A DNA stretch of 63,412 nucleotides, counting the filler, from Octopus bimaculoides (Eukaryota): assembly GCF_001194135.2 (NCBI RefSeq). It is 4 parts of 4 records of this genome, joined end to end, with 100 filler letters (N's around TTAATTAATTAA, not from the genome) between each part and the next. Parts side by side here need not be neighbours in the genome. Positions count along the whole stretch, not along the records: positions 1 to 14,599 come from NC_068989.1; positions 14,700 to 38,229 come from NC_068996.1; 2 more parts are not named here. One strand, given 5' to 3'. The notes below the pieces were generated by a model. It had not been told where the DNA came from. It saw nothing but the letters and a program-made list of their open reading frames with translations, and did not search any database. Below, one piece after another: positions 12,073 through 24,859 of the stretch. Position 1 is the stretch's first letter. Each line of letters starts with the position of its first letter. The position numbers and the translations under genes were made by a program.

Positions 12073-12300
12073 AAGGCGCCGAGCTGGTACAAGCGTGAGC
12101 AAGCTGGGCGAATTGCTTCGCGGTATTTTGCCTGTCTTCACGTTCTGAGTTCCAATGTCGTCGGGGTCGACTTTGCCTTTCATCCTTTAGTGGGGTCGAT
12201 AAATTAAGTACCAGTTAAGTTACGCACTGGGATCGATTTAATCGATTCATCTCTTTCCCCCAAATTTCAGGCATTGTGCTTGTAGTAGGAAAAGAAGGAC
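12073..12300 (+). mobile_element. tRNA-derived SINE family B
   Basis: AAGGCGCCGAGCTGG...GTCGACTTTGCCTTTCATCCTTT..GGGGTCGATAAATTAAGTACCAGTT...CCCCAAATTTCAGGC. Confidence 0.8.
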
Positions 12301-12511
12301 TATCGCCGGTGTTACGTTCCAAAAACACGCCGCGGTAAATGAAAATCCGCGAAGTAGAAACAGTACTCTACCGCCTACTTTTTTTAAAATTATCTTTATA
12401 ATTTGTATATATTTATTTTATTATAAATGCAAAACAACACCACGGAGGAATCGACGTAAACGCAAATAATAAACCGCGATAGGTGAACCGCGATATAGCG
12501 AGAGATTACTG
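12300..12511. mobile_element. pogo/Tigger-like MITE
   Basis: CTATCGCCGGTGTTACGTTCC...CGCGAAGTAGAAACAGTAC...TAGGTGAACCGCGATATAGCGAGAGATTACTG|TA. Confidence 0.6.
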
Positions 12512-13204
12512 TATATTCATAAGTAGTCTTCATAAACGCCAAGGTTTTAATACGTTTTCTAAGAATGTGTATTGGCTTGAGAAGAGAACTTAAACACCAC
12601 AACTTAAGTGTAATCAGTTTAAAGAACCTCGCTGGCAAAATGAGCTTTAAAATTAGTATTAACTACATTTAATTATGTTATGAAATATTCAGTTTTATTT
12701 CTCAGGTCTTTGGAGATAGGGTTTTGTGTGAACTCTTTTGAATACATGAAAATATAAACTATCAACATATTGGGAAATATATAATTGAATATAGATCTAT
12801 TCAACTTTCCTTTGAAGTTAACCAGATACGTATGCAATTATTCGGTTTAATATTACCTCGAATCATGTACGCCTAAATATATTATACCATGCAAAAGAGA
12901 TGTTCTTGGCGAAAGCGTCTTTGAGATAAGCAGGATCGATGAGAATTATGTGGAGTTAAAACGCTCTCAGTGTGTAAATTAATCATAATTTTGGAATAAC
13001 GCCGGCAATTTTGAGATGAGAGGGAAGTCGATTACATCCACCTCAGTGCTCAAGTGGTACTCTTTTATGAACCTTGAAAGGATAAAAACCCAAGCCAACT
13101 TCGATAACATTTGAACGCAGAACGTAACAAGCCAAAAGATGTATTGCTAAGCGTTTTTTCCTTTGCAAATCTGGCAACTTACCGCCTGTTTAGAAAAATA
13201 TTTC

Positions 13205-13395
13205 TACTGGAAGAACGAGGCCGCAAATTTGGGGAAAGAATTAAGTTGATTGCATCGACACCAATGCGTAGCTGGTACTTACTTAATCGACCCAGAAAGG
13301 ATGAAAAAGCAAAGTTGGCCTCGGTGGAATATGAACTCAGAACGTAGCGGCAGACGAAATACCGCCAAGCATTTTGCCAGGCGTGCTGACGATTC
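13205..13395 (-). mobile_element. tRNA-derived SINE family B
   Basis: Reverse complement of the family B head and core (CTCAGAACGTAGCGGCAGACGAAATACCGC...GATTCCGCCAGCTCACCGCC). Confidence 0.75.
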
Positions 13396-13947
13396 CGCCA
13401 GCTCACCGCCTGTATAAATAATATAACTCTCTACAGATTACAACGACTGTAATAACTTACAGATCAAAACTTTAAGGGTAAAAATGATTCATGAAAATTA
13501 AAGCAGTATTTATATTTTCCGAATATTATTATTAATCCATTGGATTTAGTCGGAATTCTATTTGCAATTACATAACAGATTACCTTCAGTTATACTGTGC
13601 TAAGAATAGGGAAAGATCAAATTTCTAAATTTGATAACATTTATCTGAAGTAATAAATCTGCTTTTCTTATTAGGAATTCTGAAGAATGTTTTCAGATAG
13701 GAAATAAATATCGCAAAGAAATTTACTAATATAACTCACAAGTAATTAAATAGTCAAGTAGAAGCATAGCTATTAGATGCCGAGATTTGCTTTGGCGTTT
13801 GCATAAAAAACACTTCTTCGATATCTATTTTGATAAGACATATCAACACATGATACCATATATATTCAAAACAGGTCGATCTAATTTAGCCATTAGCTCC
13901 CATTAACGGCAGATCTGTAATGTATTTAGAGCGAATGTTTAATTTGG

Positions 13948-14165
13948 CTAAGGCAGTGAGCTCATAGAGTCATTAACACGTCGGGCAAAATGCTTAGCGG
14001 TATTTCATCCATCTTTATGTCCTGAGTTCAAATTCCACCTAGGTTGACTTTGTCTTTCAGCGTTTCGTGGTCAATAAAGTAAGTACCAGTTGAGCACTGG
14101 GGTAGATATAATCGACTAACTCTTCTCCCGACATTGCTGGCTTTGTGTTAAAATTTGAAACCAAT
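13948..14165 (+). mobile_element. tRNA-derived SINE family B
   Basis: AAGGCAGTGAGCTC...GAGTTCAAATTCCACC...GTACCAGTTGAGCACTGGGG...AATTTGAAACC. Confidence 0.75.
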
Positions 14166-14371
14166 ATTTAATTTCGCGAAATTCTCATTTACCTGCGATA
14201 TTTCTCTCACAAAACCTCTCCGGTAACACTAGGTAACACTAAAGTTTTGATTCATAAGAGTTCCCTGTTACATCTGCCTCGTAGAATACAGTAATCCCTT
14301 GATTATTGCGGGTGCTACTTTCCAAAATCCCTGTGATAGATGAAAATTTGCGAAGTAGAAACAGTACCGTA

Positions 14372-14599
14372 CTCTTTTACTCTTTTACTTGTTTCAGTCA
14401 TTTGACTGCGGCTATGCTGGAGCGTCGCCTTTAATCGAGCAAATCAACCCCAGGACTTATTCTTTGGAAGCCTAGTACTTATTCTATCGGTTTCTATTGC
14501 CGAACCACTAAGTTACTGGGACATTAAACACACTAACATTGGTTGTCAAGCGATGTTGGGGGGAAAAACACAGACACACAAACACACACACACACACAC
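14372..14599 (-). mobile_element. SINE tail module (family C)
   Basis: TACTCTTTTACTTGTTTCAGTCATTTGACTGCGGC.ATGCTGGAGC...GACAAACACAGACACAC; recurs at 34605, 41392 and 63095. Confidence 0.75.
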
Positions 14600-14699
14600 N
14601 NNNNNNNNNNNNNNNNNNNNNNNNNNNNNNNNNNNNNNNNNNNTTAATTAATTAANNNNNNNNNNNNNNNNNNNNNNNNNNNNNNNNNNNNNNNNNNNN
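14600..14699. other. Artificial scaffold join: N44-TTAATTAATTAA-N44
   Basis: Exactly 44 N, a 12-bp palindromic all-frame stop linker (14644-14655), then 44 N. Confidence 0.9.
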
Positions 14700-14754
14700 A
14701 TATATATATATATATATACATACACATACACATACATATGTGTGTGTGTGTGTG

Positions 14755-14985
14755 TGCACATCTTTGTGTCGGTGTTTGTTCCCCTCACCCATCACCACTT
14801 TGACAACCTGTCTTGGTGTGGTTACATCCCTGTAATTTAGCAGATCAGCAAAAGAGATGGATAGAATAAGTACTAGGCTTAAGAAATAAATCCTGAAGTC
14901 AATTTGTTTGACTAAAAAAAACTTTTCAAGGTGGTGCCCCAGCATGGCCACAGACGACTGAAACAAGTAAAAGAGTAAAAGAGTG
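14755..14985 (+). mobile_element. SINE tail module (family C)
   Basis: Ends ...GGTGCCCCAGCATGGCCACAG..GACTGAAACAAGTAAAAGAGTAAAAGAG. Confidence 0.75.
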
Positions 14986-15604
14986 TATGTAATGCACCAA
15001 TATTTACTGGAAATAGCAGTCGAAAATCTACGACGCTATGGTAAAGCTTCATTGCATATACATATACTGGCAAAAATGTTTGAGGGCAGTGCACATAAAA
15101 ATTCCATCTTACCTGTAGGAAGAACATTAAATAAATGTACAATGCAGATATGGATTATCTAGGACCTAGGTTTCAAACTTTCCAAATTACGTCTGTTAAT
15201 GTGAATTTGATTAGTTCCCATCGGCGAGATTTACCTGGATAAAATCTCAAATGTTGTTACATCAATACCAGGATATACTCGTTTGAAACACCTAGCTGTT
15301 AACAGACCAAGAACAGTGAAAAAGTTTATACTTTAACCTGATGGTGCTTTGTTTTACTGGGAAGCAATACTACGGTATTGCACTATTTAATTTTTTATAT
15401 ATATGTATCAAAATGTAACCACATGGCAATTTTCTTCCTCCATCTTCCTTTCTATTGGGTTTTCCTCTGTTTCCGAAGAAGAGTGTTGCTCAAAACATTA
15501 AACCACCTTTCTTTCCTTCCCTGAGCATCTACTAATACTTTACATGTACCACGTTCTCATGGTGTTGTGTTTTTGTGTTTATTGTTTTTTTTGGTGGGGG
15601 GATT

Positions 15605-15657
<53 letters not shown>

Positions 15658-15670
15658 ACCATCCCCAAGT

Positions 15671-15706
<36 letters not shown>

Positions 15707-15712
<6 letters not shown>

Positions 15713-16270
15713 TCATTTAACATCTGTTGTCCATGCTGGCATGGATTGGACAATGTGACCAGAACTGGCAAATTGGGGAGCTGCACTAGGTTCCACTCTT
15801 TTTTTGGCTTTGTTTCTACTGCTGGATGGCCTTCCTAACACCAACAACTTTACAGAGGGTGCTAGGTGCTGTTACATGGCGCCGCACAAGTACTTTTACA
15901 TGGTGTTGCTTTTATGCGGCACCACGTGAGTGCCTTTATGTAGCACCGCATCAGCGCTTTTACTTAGCACTGCACAGGCACTTTATGTGGAACAGCCATG
16001 AGTGCTTTACACTACCAGAGGTAGTCTTAGTTATTGCCTCCATGAGGCCCAACACTCAAAAGAAACTCAGCCACTTGGCCTCTGTTAGGCCCAATGCTCA
16101 AAAGATGTTCTTTACGTGCACTTAGCTCGACAGGTCCTCTCAAGCACAGCATATCGCCAAAAGTCTCAGTCTCTTGTCATTGCCTCTGTGAGGCTCAAAG
16201 TTCAAAAATCATGCTTCATCACCTCGTCCCATGTCTTCCTGAGTCTACTTCTACCACAGGCTCCCTCCAC
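15707..16270 (+). mobile_element. Family D repeat (RTE-tail-related SINE-like element)
   Basis: CATCATTTAACATCTG.TGTCCATGCTGGCATGG...CTGGATGGCCTTCCTAACACCAAC; same family as 21822, 27880, 33245 and 45390. Confidence 0.7.
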
Positions 16271-16564
16271 AGTTAGAGATTAGTACTTCTTTATACAGCT
16301 GTTCCACCATTTTCAAAGAAATTATAGGATTATTTTGTGCAAAGTTAAAATAAAAGAGCTCATCTGTGTGTGTGTGTGTGTGTGTGCTTGTGTCATACAT
16401 GTGTGTTTGTATGTGTATATATATATATATATATTATTTATGTGCCCTTTTAATGCCTAACCAGGCTCATGGGTCCGGGTTTCCTGGTTTCTATGACGTA
16501 TGTGTTCCACACCCCACACCCCCCACCGCCCAGCTGGAGAGGATGCCAGTCCATCGCAGCTTTA

Positions 16565-16707
16565 CTCAAGAAACAGGAAAAAATAGTGAGAGAAAGTTGG
16601 GGTGAAAGAGTGCAACAGAGGTCGCCACCAACCCCTGGTGGAGCCTCGTGGAGTCTTAGGATTTTTTCGCTCAGTAAACACACAATGCCCGGTCTGGGAA
16701 TCGAAAC
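16565..16707 (-). mobile_element. Interspersed SINE-like repeat fragment
   Basis: Ends in a B-box-like GTTTCGATTCCC at the gap edge; the body is GC-richer than its flanks. Confidence 0.45.
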
Positions 16708-17830
16708 NNNNNNNNNNNNNNNNNNNNNNNNNNNNNNNNNNNNNNNNNNNNNNNNNNNNNNNNNNNNNNNNNNNNNNNNNNNNNNNNNNNNNNNNNNNNN
16801 NNNNNNNNNNNNNNNNNNNNNNNNNNNNNNNNNNNNNNNNNNNNNNNNNNNNNNNNNNNNNNNNNNNNNNNNNNNNNNNNNNNNNNNNNNNNNNNNNNNN
16901 NNNNNNNNNNNNNNNNNNNNNNNNNNNNNNNNNNNNNNNNNNNNNNNNNNNNNNNNNNNNNNNNNNNNNNNNNNNNNNNNNNNNNNNNNNNNNNNNNNNN
17001 NNNNNNNNNNNNNNNNNNNNNNNNNNNNNNNNNNNNNNNNNNNNNNNNNNNNNNNNNNNNNNNNNNNNNNNNNNNNNNNNNNNNNNNNNNNNNNNNNNNN
17101 NNNNNNNNNNNNNNNNNNNNNNNNNNNNNNNNNNNNNNNNNNNNNNNNNNNNNNNNNNNNNNNNNNNNNNNNNNNNNNNNNNNNNNNNNNNNNNNNNNNN
17201 NNNNNNNNNNNNNNNNNNNNNNNNNNNNNNNNNNNNNNNNNNNNNNNNNNNNNNNNNNNNNNNNNNNNNNNNNNNNNNNNNNNNNNNNNNNNNNNNNNNN
17301 NNNNNNNNNNNNNNNNNNNNNNNNNNNNNNNNNNNNNNNNNNNNNNNNNNNACAGCTACTACCAATTCCTTCTTTCCCACTCTCTCTCTCTCTCTCTCTC
17401 TTCTCTAAATGTGAACACCCATGTATCCTTGCTATAACAAGAACCAGCTCTTCCCCCATTCACACCTCATGCCTTAACCATCATCTCCTAACATAAAGAA
17501 CCCCCACCCACCCAAACATCCCCCCACACACACACACACCTTAGGTGTCATACTCTTACAAGCTGCAAGCCAACCATGCAAGTGTTAGTGGGTACAAAAT
17601 GTGGGTGACATTAGGAAGGGCATCCAACCATAGAAACTATGCCAAAGCAGACATAGGAACAATGTAGTGCTTGGACCCATAAGATCCTGATCAAACTGTC
17701 CAACTCATTTCTAAATGGAACATGGATGTGGTTGTTATTGATTATGATCATGATGATGATGATGATGATGATAACGACAATGATGATGATGTCGATGATG
17801 ATGCGGGTGGTGCTGATGATGATGTCAATA

Positions 17831-17866
<36 letters not shown>

Positions 17867-18322
17867 TTGACCATTATGATAGTGATGATGATGATGTCAG
17901 TGATGATGATGATTATGATGGAGATAGTGGTGGTGGTGGTGGTGATGAATGACAACAATGATGGTAGAAATGAAGACACACCTGGACCAGGCCATTGGGC
18001 AAAGCCTCTTTATTTCAGCTTATTCCAATCAGTTCAGCTGCAATGAGTACCAGCCAAATTCGAGATGGTCCTTTCTCCATCTAGCAGTTACATCATAGAT
18101 GTTCCACAGAATCAAAGAGGTGGATGAGGCCCTAAAGGGTGTCTATTCCTGCTTGTGACTACATAGATACCTAAAACAATAAAGAAAAGCAAGGTACATG
18201 TTACCAGATCATACTCCATTCTGAGTGATGTCGATGGCTTTTCTGAGACTCCATTGATTATGATAATGAGGGTTCCAGTTGTCCGATCAACAGAACAATT
18301 TGCTTGTGAAATTAATGTACAA

Positions 18323-18830
18323 ATGGCTGTGTGGTAAGATGTTTGCTTCCCAACCACATGGTTTCAGTTTCAGTCCCACTACCTGGCACCTTGGGCAAAT
18401 GTCTTCTACTACAGCCTCAAGCCAACCAAATCTTTGTGAGTGGATTTAGTAGACAGAAACTGAAAGAAGCCTATTGTATATATATATATATATNNNNNNN
18501 NNNNNNNNNNNNNNNNNNNTATATTTGTATGTGTCTTTGAGTCTGTGTTTGTCCCCCATTGCCACTTGACAACCGGTGTTGGTGCATTTATGTCCCCATA
18601 ACTTAGTGGTTCAGCAAAAAATACTGATAGAATGAGTGAGAAGTTAGAGTATGACGGGGGAGTGGAGGATAGAAACAGGTATCTTGCTGTAGAGGAGACA
18701 CGTGGTTATCAGGCTTTAAAAAAATGTGAGTACTGGGGGTTGATTCCTTCAGCTAAAAATCCTTCAAAGTAGTGCCCCAGCATGGCCACAGTCTAATGAC
18801 TGAAACAAGTAGAAGATAAAAGATAAAGAT
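18323..18830 (+). mobile_element. Composite SINE: family A head, internal microsatellite, family C tail
   Basis: ATGGCTGTGTGGTAAGATG..GCTTCCCAACCAC...GAAACTGAAAGAAGCC, then (TA)n/gap, then GTCTGTGTTTGTCCCC...GACTGAAACAAGTAGAAGATAAAAGA. Confidence 0.8.
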
Positions 18831-19581
18831 TGTAAAACGGTTGATAGTAGCAATAGAGACATTAGTCTCTCTCTATCACCTTTCAACAGCATTATATATT
18901 AAGGAACAGTAGAACGATTAACAACATAACAAAAATAAGTTTTATTTTTGATGGTGTTTGGTTTTATAAATCTTGTGTCACTCAGCTTAGCAGCCGCTGA
19001 TTAATTTGTAATCGGTATTGGAAGGTTAAGAGCTTCCTTGATGCATGCCAGAGGAGCATGTAACTATCATATCGATGGCATCATGGTGAAGAGTGCTTCG
19101 TGGAAGAGCGAGGTGTTGTCACGTCGAAGGTCTCTCGCTCAACTGACTTACAAAGTGAAACCAACTCTTTAAGTACTAGTTTTACTATGCATGCGCACTC
19201 AAGGGGCTTCCAGAAAGGCAAGTCCCTTGCGCATGTGCAGATAGTACTTCCTCAATGGCGGCTATAATTTCGCGCCACTACAAGATAAAGTGGTGAGCAC
19301 TCTACAGACACACATACCCTTAAAGTAGTTCTCAGGAAGATTCAGGGCGACAAGACTGGCCCTTTAGAATACAAATGCTCCTTGTTTTTTTGCTAGCTGT
19401 GTTGACTGGAACAATGTGAAATAAAGTGTCTTGCCCAAGGACACATGCTCTGTGGGCCGTAGAACTCAACCTTGTGATCATGAGCTAAATATCTGCAACC
19501 AATTAACCACATGCCTTCACACCCAGTAATGGCTTAATGTGTTTGTGTGTGCATGTATATCAACGTATATGAGTGTATGAG

Positions 19582-19612
<31 letters not shown>

Positions 19613-20037
19613 CTCAATGTAAATGTCAATGTGTGTGTCCATGTGTATGTGTATTGTATTTATATATGTTTATTCATATACATATGAAAGAGAGCGGGAA
19701 AGAAAGAGAGAAGTGAAAAAAGTGAGGGAGAAAAGCTTTTTGGTGAACAGAGAGTATTTATTTAACTGAAAAATCATTAAAGAAATGTGTCCAAGTTATT
19801 AAATGAAATCTGATGCCAGTCATATTAAGGAAACAATAGTCAGTAGTACTAAAAGACCTCTCAGAGATTAGCTTAAAAGAACGGAATAGAGTAGAAGTAG
19901 AATGTCAGAGTTGTGGCATGAAAGAACCTTTGCAGCAGATGAAGTTTTAAATCCTAGGTTTGAAGAGACTGTATTAAAATATTTGCTTATCATTCATAAC
20001 TTATGACAATTGATTTTTTAAAACCCAATTAATGCTG

Positions 20038-20255
20038 TTGTGTGACCTGACTCACTGGCTTGATCTGCTATCTTTCTCTTGTTGTATGACTTGATCTTTG
20101 GCTCATTTCCACATGGTGTGACTTGACCTTTGGCTTACTTCCACATTGTGTGACTCGACCCCTGGTTTACTTCCACGGTGTGTGACCTCCACTACTCCCT
20201 CATTGTATGACCTGAGCTTGGCCTTACACTTAACATTGTGTGATCTGACTTCTAC
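20038..20255. repeat. Diverged minisatellite, unit about 32 bp, about 6-7 units
   Basis: Units such as TTGTATGACTTGATCTTTGGCTCATTTCCACA / TGGTGTGACTTGACCTTTGGCTTACTTCCACA / TTGTGTGACTCGACCCCTGGTTTACTTCCACG. Confidence 0.8.
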
Positions 20256-21284
20256 CTTTTACTTCCTTCTCCTCCTCTTCCTCCTCCTTTTCCTACTTCT
20301 TCTTCTTCTTCTCCTACTCCTGCACTTATTCATCATCGTCATCATTATCATCATAATCATTGTCATTGTTGTCGTTGTCATCATTGTCATTGCTGATATT
20401 GTCATCATCACCACTTTTGGAATCCAGCCCAAAGTTTTTTGCATTTTTTTTTCCTGTCCACCATTCCAGTTTGGTACTTTTTTTTTTTTATTGAAACCCC
20501 TGAGAGGATAAAAACTAATGTTAACTTTGATGGGATTTGAACTCAGACCAACTCTTTGAACTCAGAGAGCAAAGAGTCAGAAGATCAAAGACAAAGTATT
20601 TCTATTTGATACTTTGCTGATTCTGCCGGCTCGTCATCTTGTAAGATATAATGAATATATTTTCCCACATGACCATTAAAAAAAAATCTTTAAAATTCTT
20701 TAATTGTATAAAATCCACATATTTGGAATTTAGGAAAAAAAAAAAAAGAAACTTCAAGAAGAGTTTAACACATGAAAGAATCTCTGTATGAATGTTTCAT
20801 CTGCTAGAAATAGCTGTTAAATGTCTTCTTAAAATTATTATCTGACACCTTAAAGAAGCAGTAGACAATGTGGCTCTATACACACATACAGACACATGCT
20901 TACATACACACGTACATGTTGGACTGTTAGATAAATTCGTTGTTTTTGTTTGTTTTTGCTGGAGTTAAAAAGACCCAACCAGTGTGTAACAGCTGTGAAA
21001 AAATGAGCAAGGGCTTCTGGGGTGCTGCAAGGCTAGAAGAGTTTTCTGGAAATGTGTATATGGGTTAGGATTTGGTATTCTTGTAGGATTGGAATGTATG
21101 CAGCGGTACTATTTGTGTAGCGTTTTCAGTGGGGGTTGGGGCATTCGTGGGTGGATGACCAAAGGTTGCATACATATTTTAGTGTTCATTTGTGTGTTTT
21201 GTTTATGTTATAACTCAATTCTTTGGAGTATCTATATAGGTGTGGAGTGTGTGTAGAGGTACTATATGTGTGGTGGGTGGAAAA

Positions 21285-21810
21285 AGCTATGGGCATCTCT
21301 TATTTCTACTATATAGAATTTTTACTTAGACCATTTCTACATATCAAGCAGGGCTATCTCCCTGAAGAGTTCAGTAATTTGTCTGCTTTACTACTTACTA
21401 GCTTCAGTCTTTGTAAATTACTTATAGGGCTCTTTGGTTCCAGTCCTTGCTTCTACATCTGAAATTTCTTCTCTAATTTTAGTAAGGACTCAGCAATAAG
21501 AACAAAACCATCAGTGGAGAGGAGCTCCCAAGGGCTGATAGTATTAAATTCTTCTGTTATGGCCTGGAGGATTATGATGAATAAGAGGGGGACTAAGAAC
21601 CAATCCTTAGTGGACTCCTACTTATACACTAAATGCGTTGCTATACTCATTGCTAACTTCCATCTTGCTGAGCATCCCTGTACATGGCTTGTACAACTCT
21701 CACCAACCACACATCTTTCCCTAGCTTCTGCATTGCCCACCAGATAAGGGAGTGGGAGACCTTCTCAAAGGTTTTCTCCATGTCAACAAAAGCTAAGTAC
21801 AAAGGTCTTC
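21285..21810 (-). mobile_element. Degenerate RTE-clade LINE reverse-transcriptase core
   Basis: PLYLAFVDMEKTFEKV...; VGVH*GLVLSPLLFIIILQAITEEF...PWELLSTDGFVLIAES (YADD motif decayed)...PCLICRKG. Confidence 0.85.
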
Positions 21811-21821
21811 ATTACATTATA

Positions 21822-22070
21822 TATTATCATCATCATCAACATCATCCTTTAACATCCGTTTTCCATGCTGGCATGGGCTGGATGGTTTGACCAGAGGTGG
21901 AAAGCCAGAGATATACACCATGTTCCAGTTTAATTTAGCTAGGTATCTACAGCTGAAGGGCATCTAGCTCTATGCCCTTTCTAAAGCCAACCACTTTACA
22001 GTGTGTACTGTGTTTTTTAAATGTAGTGCCAACATGACTGCTTTTTATGTGGCACCAGCACAGGACTCTC
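21822..22070 (+). mobile_element. Family D repeat
   Basis: CATCATCATC..TTTAACATCCGTTTTCCATGCTGGCATGGG...CCAACCACTTTACAG. Confidence 0.7.
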
Positions 22071-23404
22071 ATGTATATGCATATATATCATGGACTCTCC
22101 TGACATTAGACAATGCACTTCACTAGACTGCAGCCATGTTGGGCTTTGCCTTGAAAAATTTTTAGTCAAACGTATCAACACCAATACTTTTTTTTTTAAA
22201 GTCTGGTACTTATTCTATCAGTCTCTTTTGCCAAACCACCAAGTTACAGGGACATAAACACACCAGAATCAAGTGGTGGTGGTGGCGGTGCTGGGAGGAG
22301 GATAAACANNNNNNNNNNNNNNNNNNNNNNNNNNNNNNNNNNNNNNNNNNNNNNNNNNNNNNNNNNNNNNNNNNNNNNNNNNNNNNNNNNNNNNNNNNNN
22401 NNNNNNNNNNNNNNNNNNNNNNNNNNNNNNNNNNNNNNNNNNNNNNNNNNNNNNNNNNNNNNNNNNNNNNNNNNNNNNNNNNNNNNNNNNNNNNNNNNNN
22501 NNNNNNNNNNNNNNNNNNNNNNNNNNNNNNNNNNNNNNNNNNNNNNNNNNNNNNNNNNNNNNNNNNNNNNNNNNNNNNNNNNNNNNNNNNNNNNNNNNNN
22601 NNNNNNNNNNNNNNNNNNNNNNNNNNNNNNNNNNNNNNNNNNNNNNNNNNNNNNNNNNNNNNNNNNNNNNNNNNNNNNNNNNNNNNNNNNNNNNNNNNNN
22701 NNNNNNNNNNNNNNNNNNNNNNNNNNNNNNNNNNNNNNNNNNNNNNNNNNNNNNNNNNNNNNNNNNNNNNNNNNNNNNNNNNNNNNNNNNNNNNNNNNNN
22801 NNNNNNNNNNNNNNNNNNNNNNNNNNNNNNNNNNNNNNNNNNNNNNNNNNNNNNNNNNNNNNNNNNNNNNNNNNNNNNNNNNNNNNNNNNNNNNNNNNNN
22901 NNNNNNNNNNNNNNNNNNNNNNNNNNNNNNNNNNNNNNNNNNNNNNNNNNNNNNNNNNNNNNNNNNNNNNNNNNNNNNNNNNNNNNNNNNNNNNNNNNNN
23001 NNNNNNNNNNNNNNNNNNNNNNNNNNNNNNNNNNNNNNNNNNNNNNNNNNNNNNNNNNNNNNNNNNNNNNNNNNNNNNNNNNNNNNNNNNNNNNNNNNNN
23101 NNNNNNNNNNNNNNNNNNNNNNNNNNNNNNNNNNNNNNNNNNNNNNNNNNNNNNNNNNNNCACCAGGCTAACAAAAAAATCTTGTGATTGATCTTGTCCA
23201 CCAGATAATCCAAATCAAAGTCCATCATCAATCAAATTAGTAAATCCCTGGTTCCAATACCCTGTTTACATAATATATTTTTACAGAGTGATACATAAAA
23301 CAAACAGGAATAATGGGCTATATATCTATTTATTTATACAAGCCAATAATAAAAAAAAATAGATGTATATATAACCCATTATTTCTGTGTATTTTATATA
23401 CATG

Positions 23405-23447
<43 letters not shown>

Positions 23448-23532
23448 CACACACACACACATGTACATATACACCTACAAATGGAGTGGTGGGTTTTGGT
23501 CAATGGTTTTATGAAGTTAGCTTTTGATCTAG

Positions 23533-23900
23533 ACCGGTGTCTCTCAACCATTTCTTACCTATAAACCCCTTTGGTTACTATTTTGTTCTGGTCGCCACCC
23601 CCCTTAGCCCTTCAATGTTTAACAACTAGTTTTATAGATACTTCTGTCAAAATTCCTGTATCGTTTTTCAAGCATTAACTTGTGTAGGTTGGACTATGGA
23701 AAGCATTTGGGAAATAAACCTAGTTGTTTCATGCAATAAATTGCAAGACATGCAATAAATACATCTAGATTAAAATTTGTTTCATGGACCCTTGATATAC
23801 TACTGTGTGTACCCACTAAACTATTTTTGCTTGAGCAGATCCCCAGAAATTTTATATGGGGATTCAGGAGTCATATGGGCCCAGCGGAGAAACAACAGCA
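23533..23900. mobile_element. Possible hAT-type MITE
   Basis: Start CCGGTGTCTCTCAACCATTT.TTACCTAT..ACCCCTTTG and end ...CATATGGGCCC.GCGGAGAAACAACAG resemble CAGGGGTTCTCAAC-type termini; degenerate. Confidence 0.35.
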
Positions 23901-24375
23901 ACAGCAACTTCAAATTTGTCATCTTCAGGAAGGAGACCCATCTATGTGTTGACTTCACTACTTCCATAACTTAAATATTCATTTGCTTATTGTTTGTTTC
24001 TCTGTTGATTGTTGTTGTTGTTGTTGTTGTTTTTGTTGCTGTTGTTCCTGCAGTAGTGGTGGTGGTGGTGGTGGTGGATATGGTGGCAGTAGTCTTCTTC
24101 TTCTTCTTCTTCTTCTTCTTCTTCTTCTTCTTCTTCTCCTTCTTCCTCCCCCTCCTCCTCTTCCTCTCCCCCGACACTCCTCCTCCTCAGACTGTACTAG
24201 TTCACCCTGATGCTTTTTCGTTTCTCGTACTTGCCAAACAGGAAAGGTAATTTTGCATCATTGCTCCAGTGAAACTGGAGCAATGTTGCAAAATTTTCTA
24301 AATGATAACATTCAACCTTTTCAGTCACATAAATTTTTCTCATGTTATTTCTGTATTATTTCCTGTATGATAACA

Positions 24376-24421
<46 letters not shown>

Positions 24422-24859
24422 GTGATGATGATGAAGGTGGTTGTGATGATGATGATGATGATGAGGAGGAGGAGGATGATGATGATGATGATGATGATTT
24501 CTTTATTTGCCACCAGGGCAATGGATGAAAGGGACAAAATAATTTACAATAGACATAAAATTTTGAGACTGACATAGAAAACTGAATGAGTAACTATAAA
24601 AATAAAAAAAAAGCAAAAAGTGTGAAATATATGTATTTGTGGTATACAAATAAAAGTGTATAATGAATGATCTTGTAGTCTTCTTAATACTGGCTGACAT
24701 CTCATTTGGGTCAATCAAGGAACTTTACAGGTCCAAGAGCAAGTGACCTCATCAAGTTTTATTCTCCAACCTACAGGCATGTAGTCATGGTAGTTCCAGC
24801 CTCTCTCACTGACCATCCAATGAAATTCACTTAAGAATAGCACCCCTTATTCAACCTCA

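Noticed and set aside
16469-17459. Long ORFs of 170-400 aa that span N runs (also 22210-23231, 28814-29651, 34718-35378, 50117-51310, 53138-54301, 57590-58768)
   Set aside because: Their length comes from X codons in assembly gaps; only the Tx1 part of 50117-51310 has real homology.
17722-17952. Poly-Asp, poly-Met, poly-His and poly-Ile ORFs (also 24253-24575, 33779-34042, 42662-43073)
   Set aside because: (GAT)n/(GAC)n/(AAT)n trinucleotide tracts, open in several frames, with no flanking splice or protein evidence.
18940-19260. GC-richer island with possible GIY-YIG-like text (ACIKEAL)
   Set aside because: Too degenerate to call; probably an old Penelope-type fragment.
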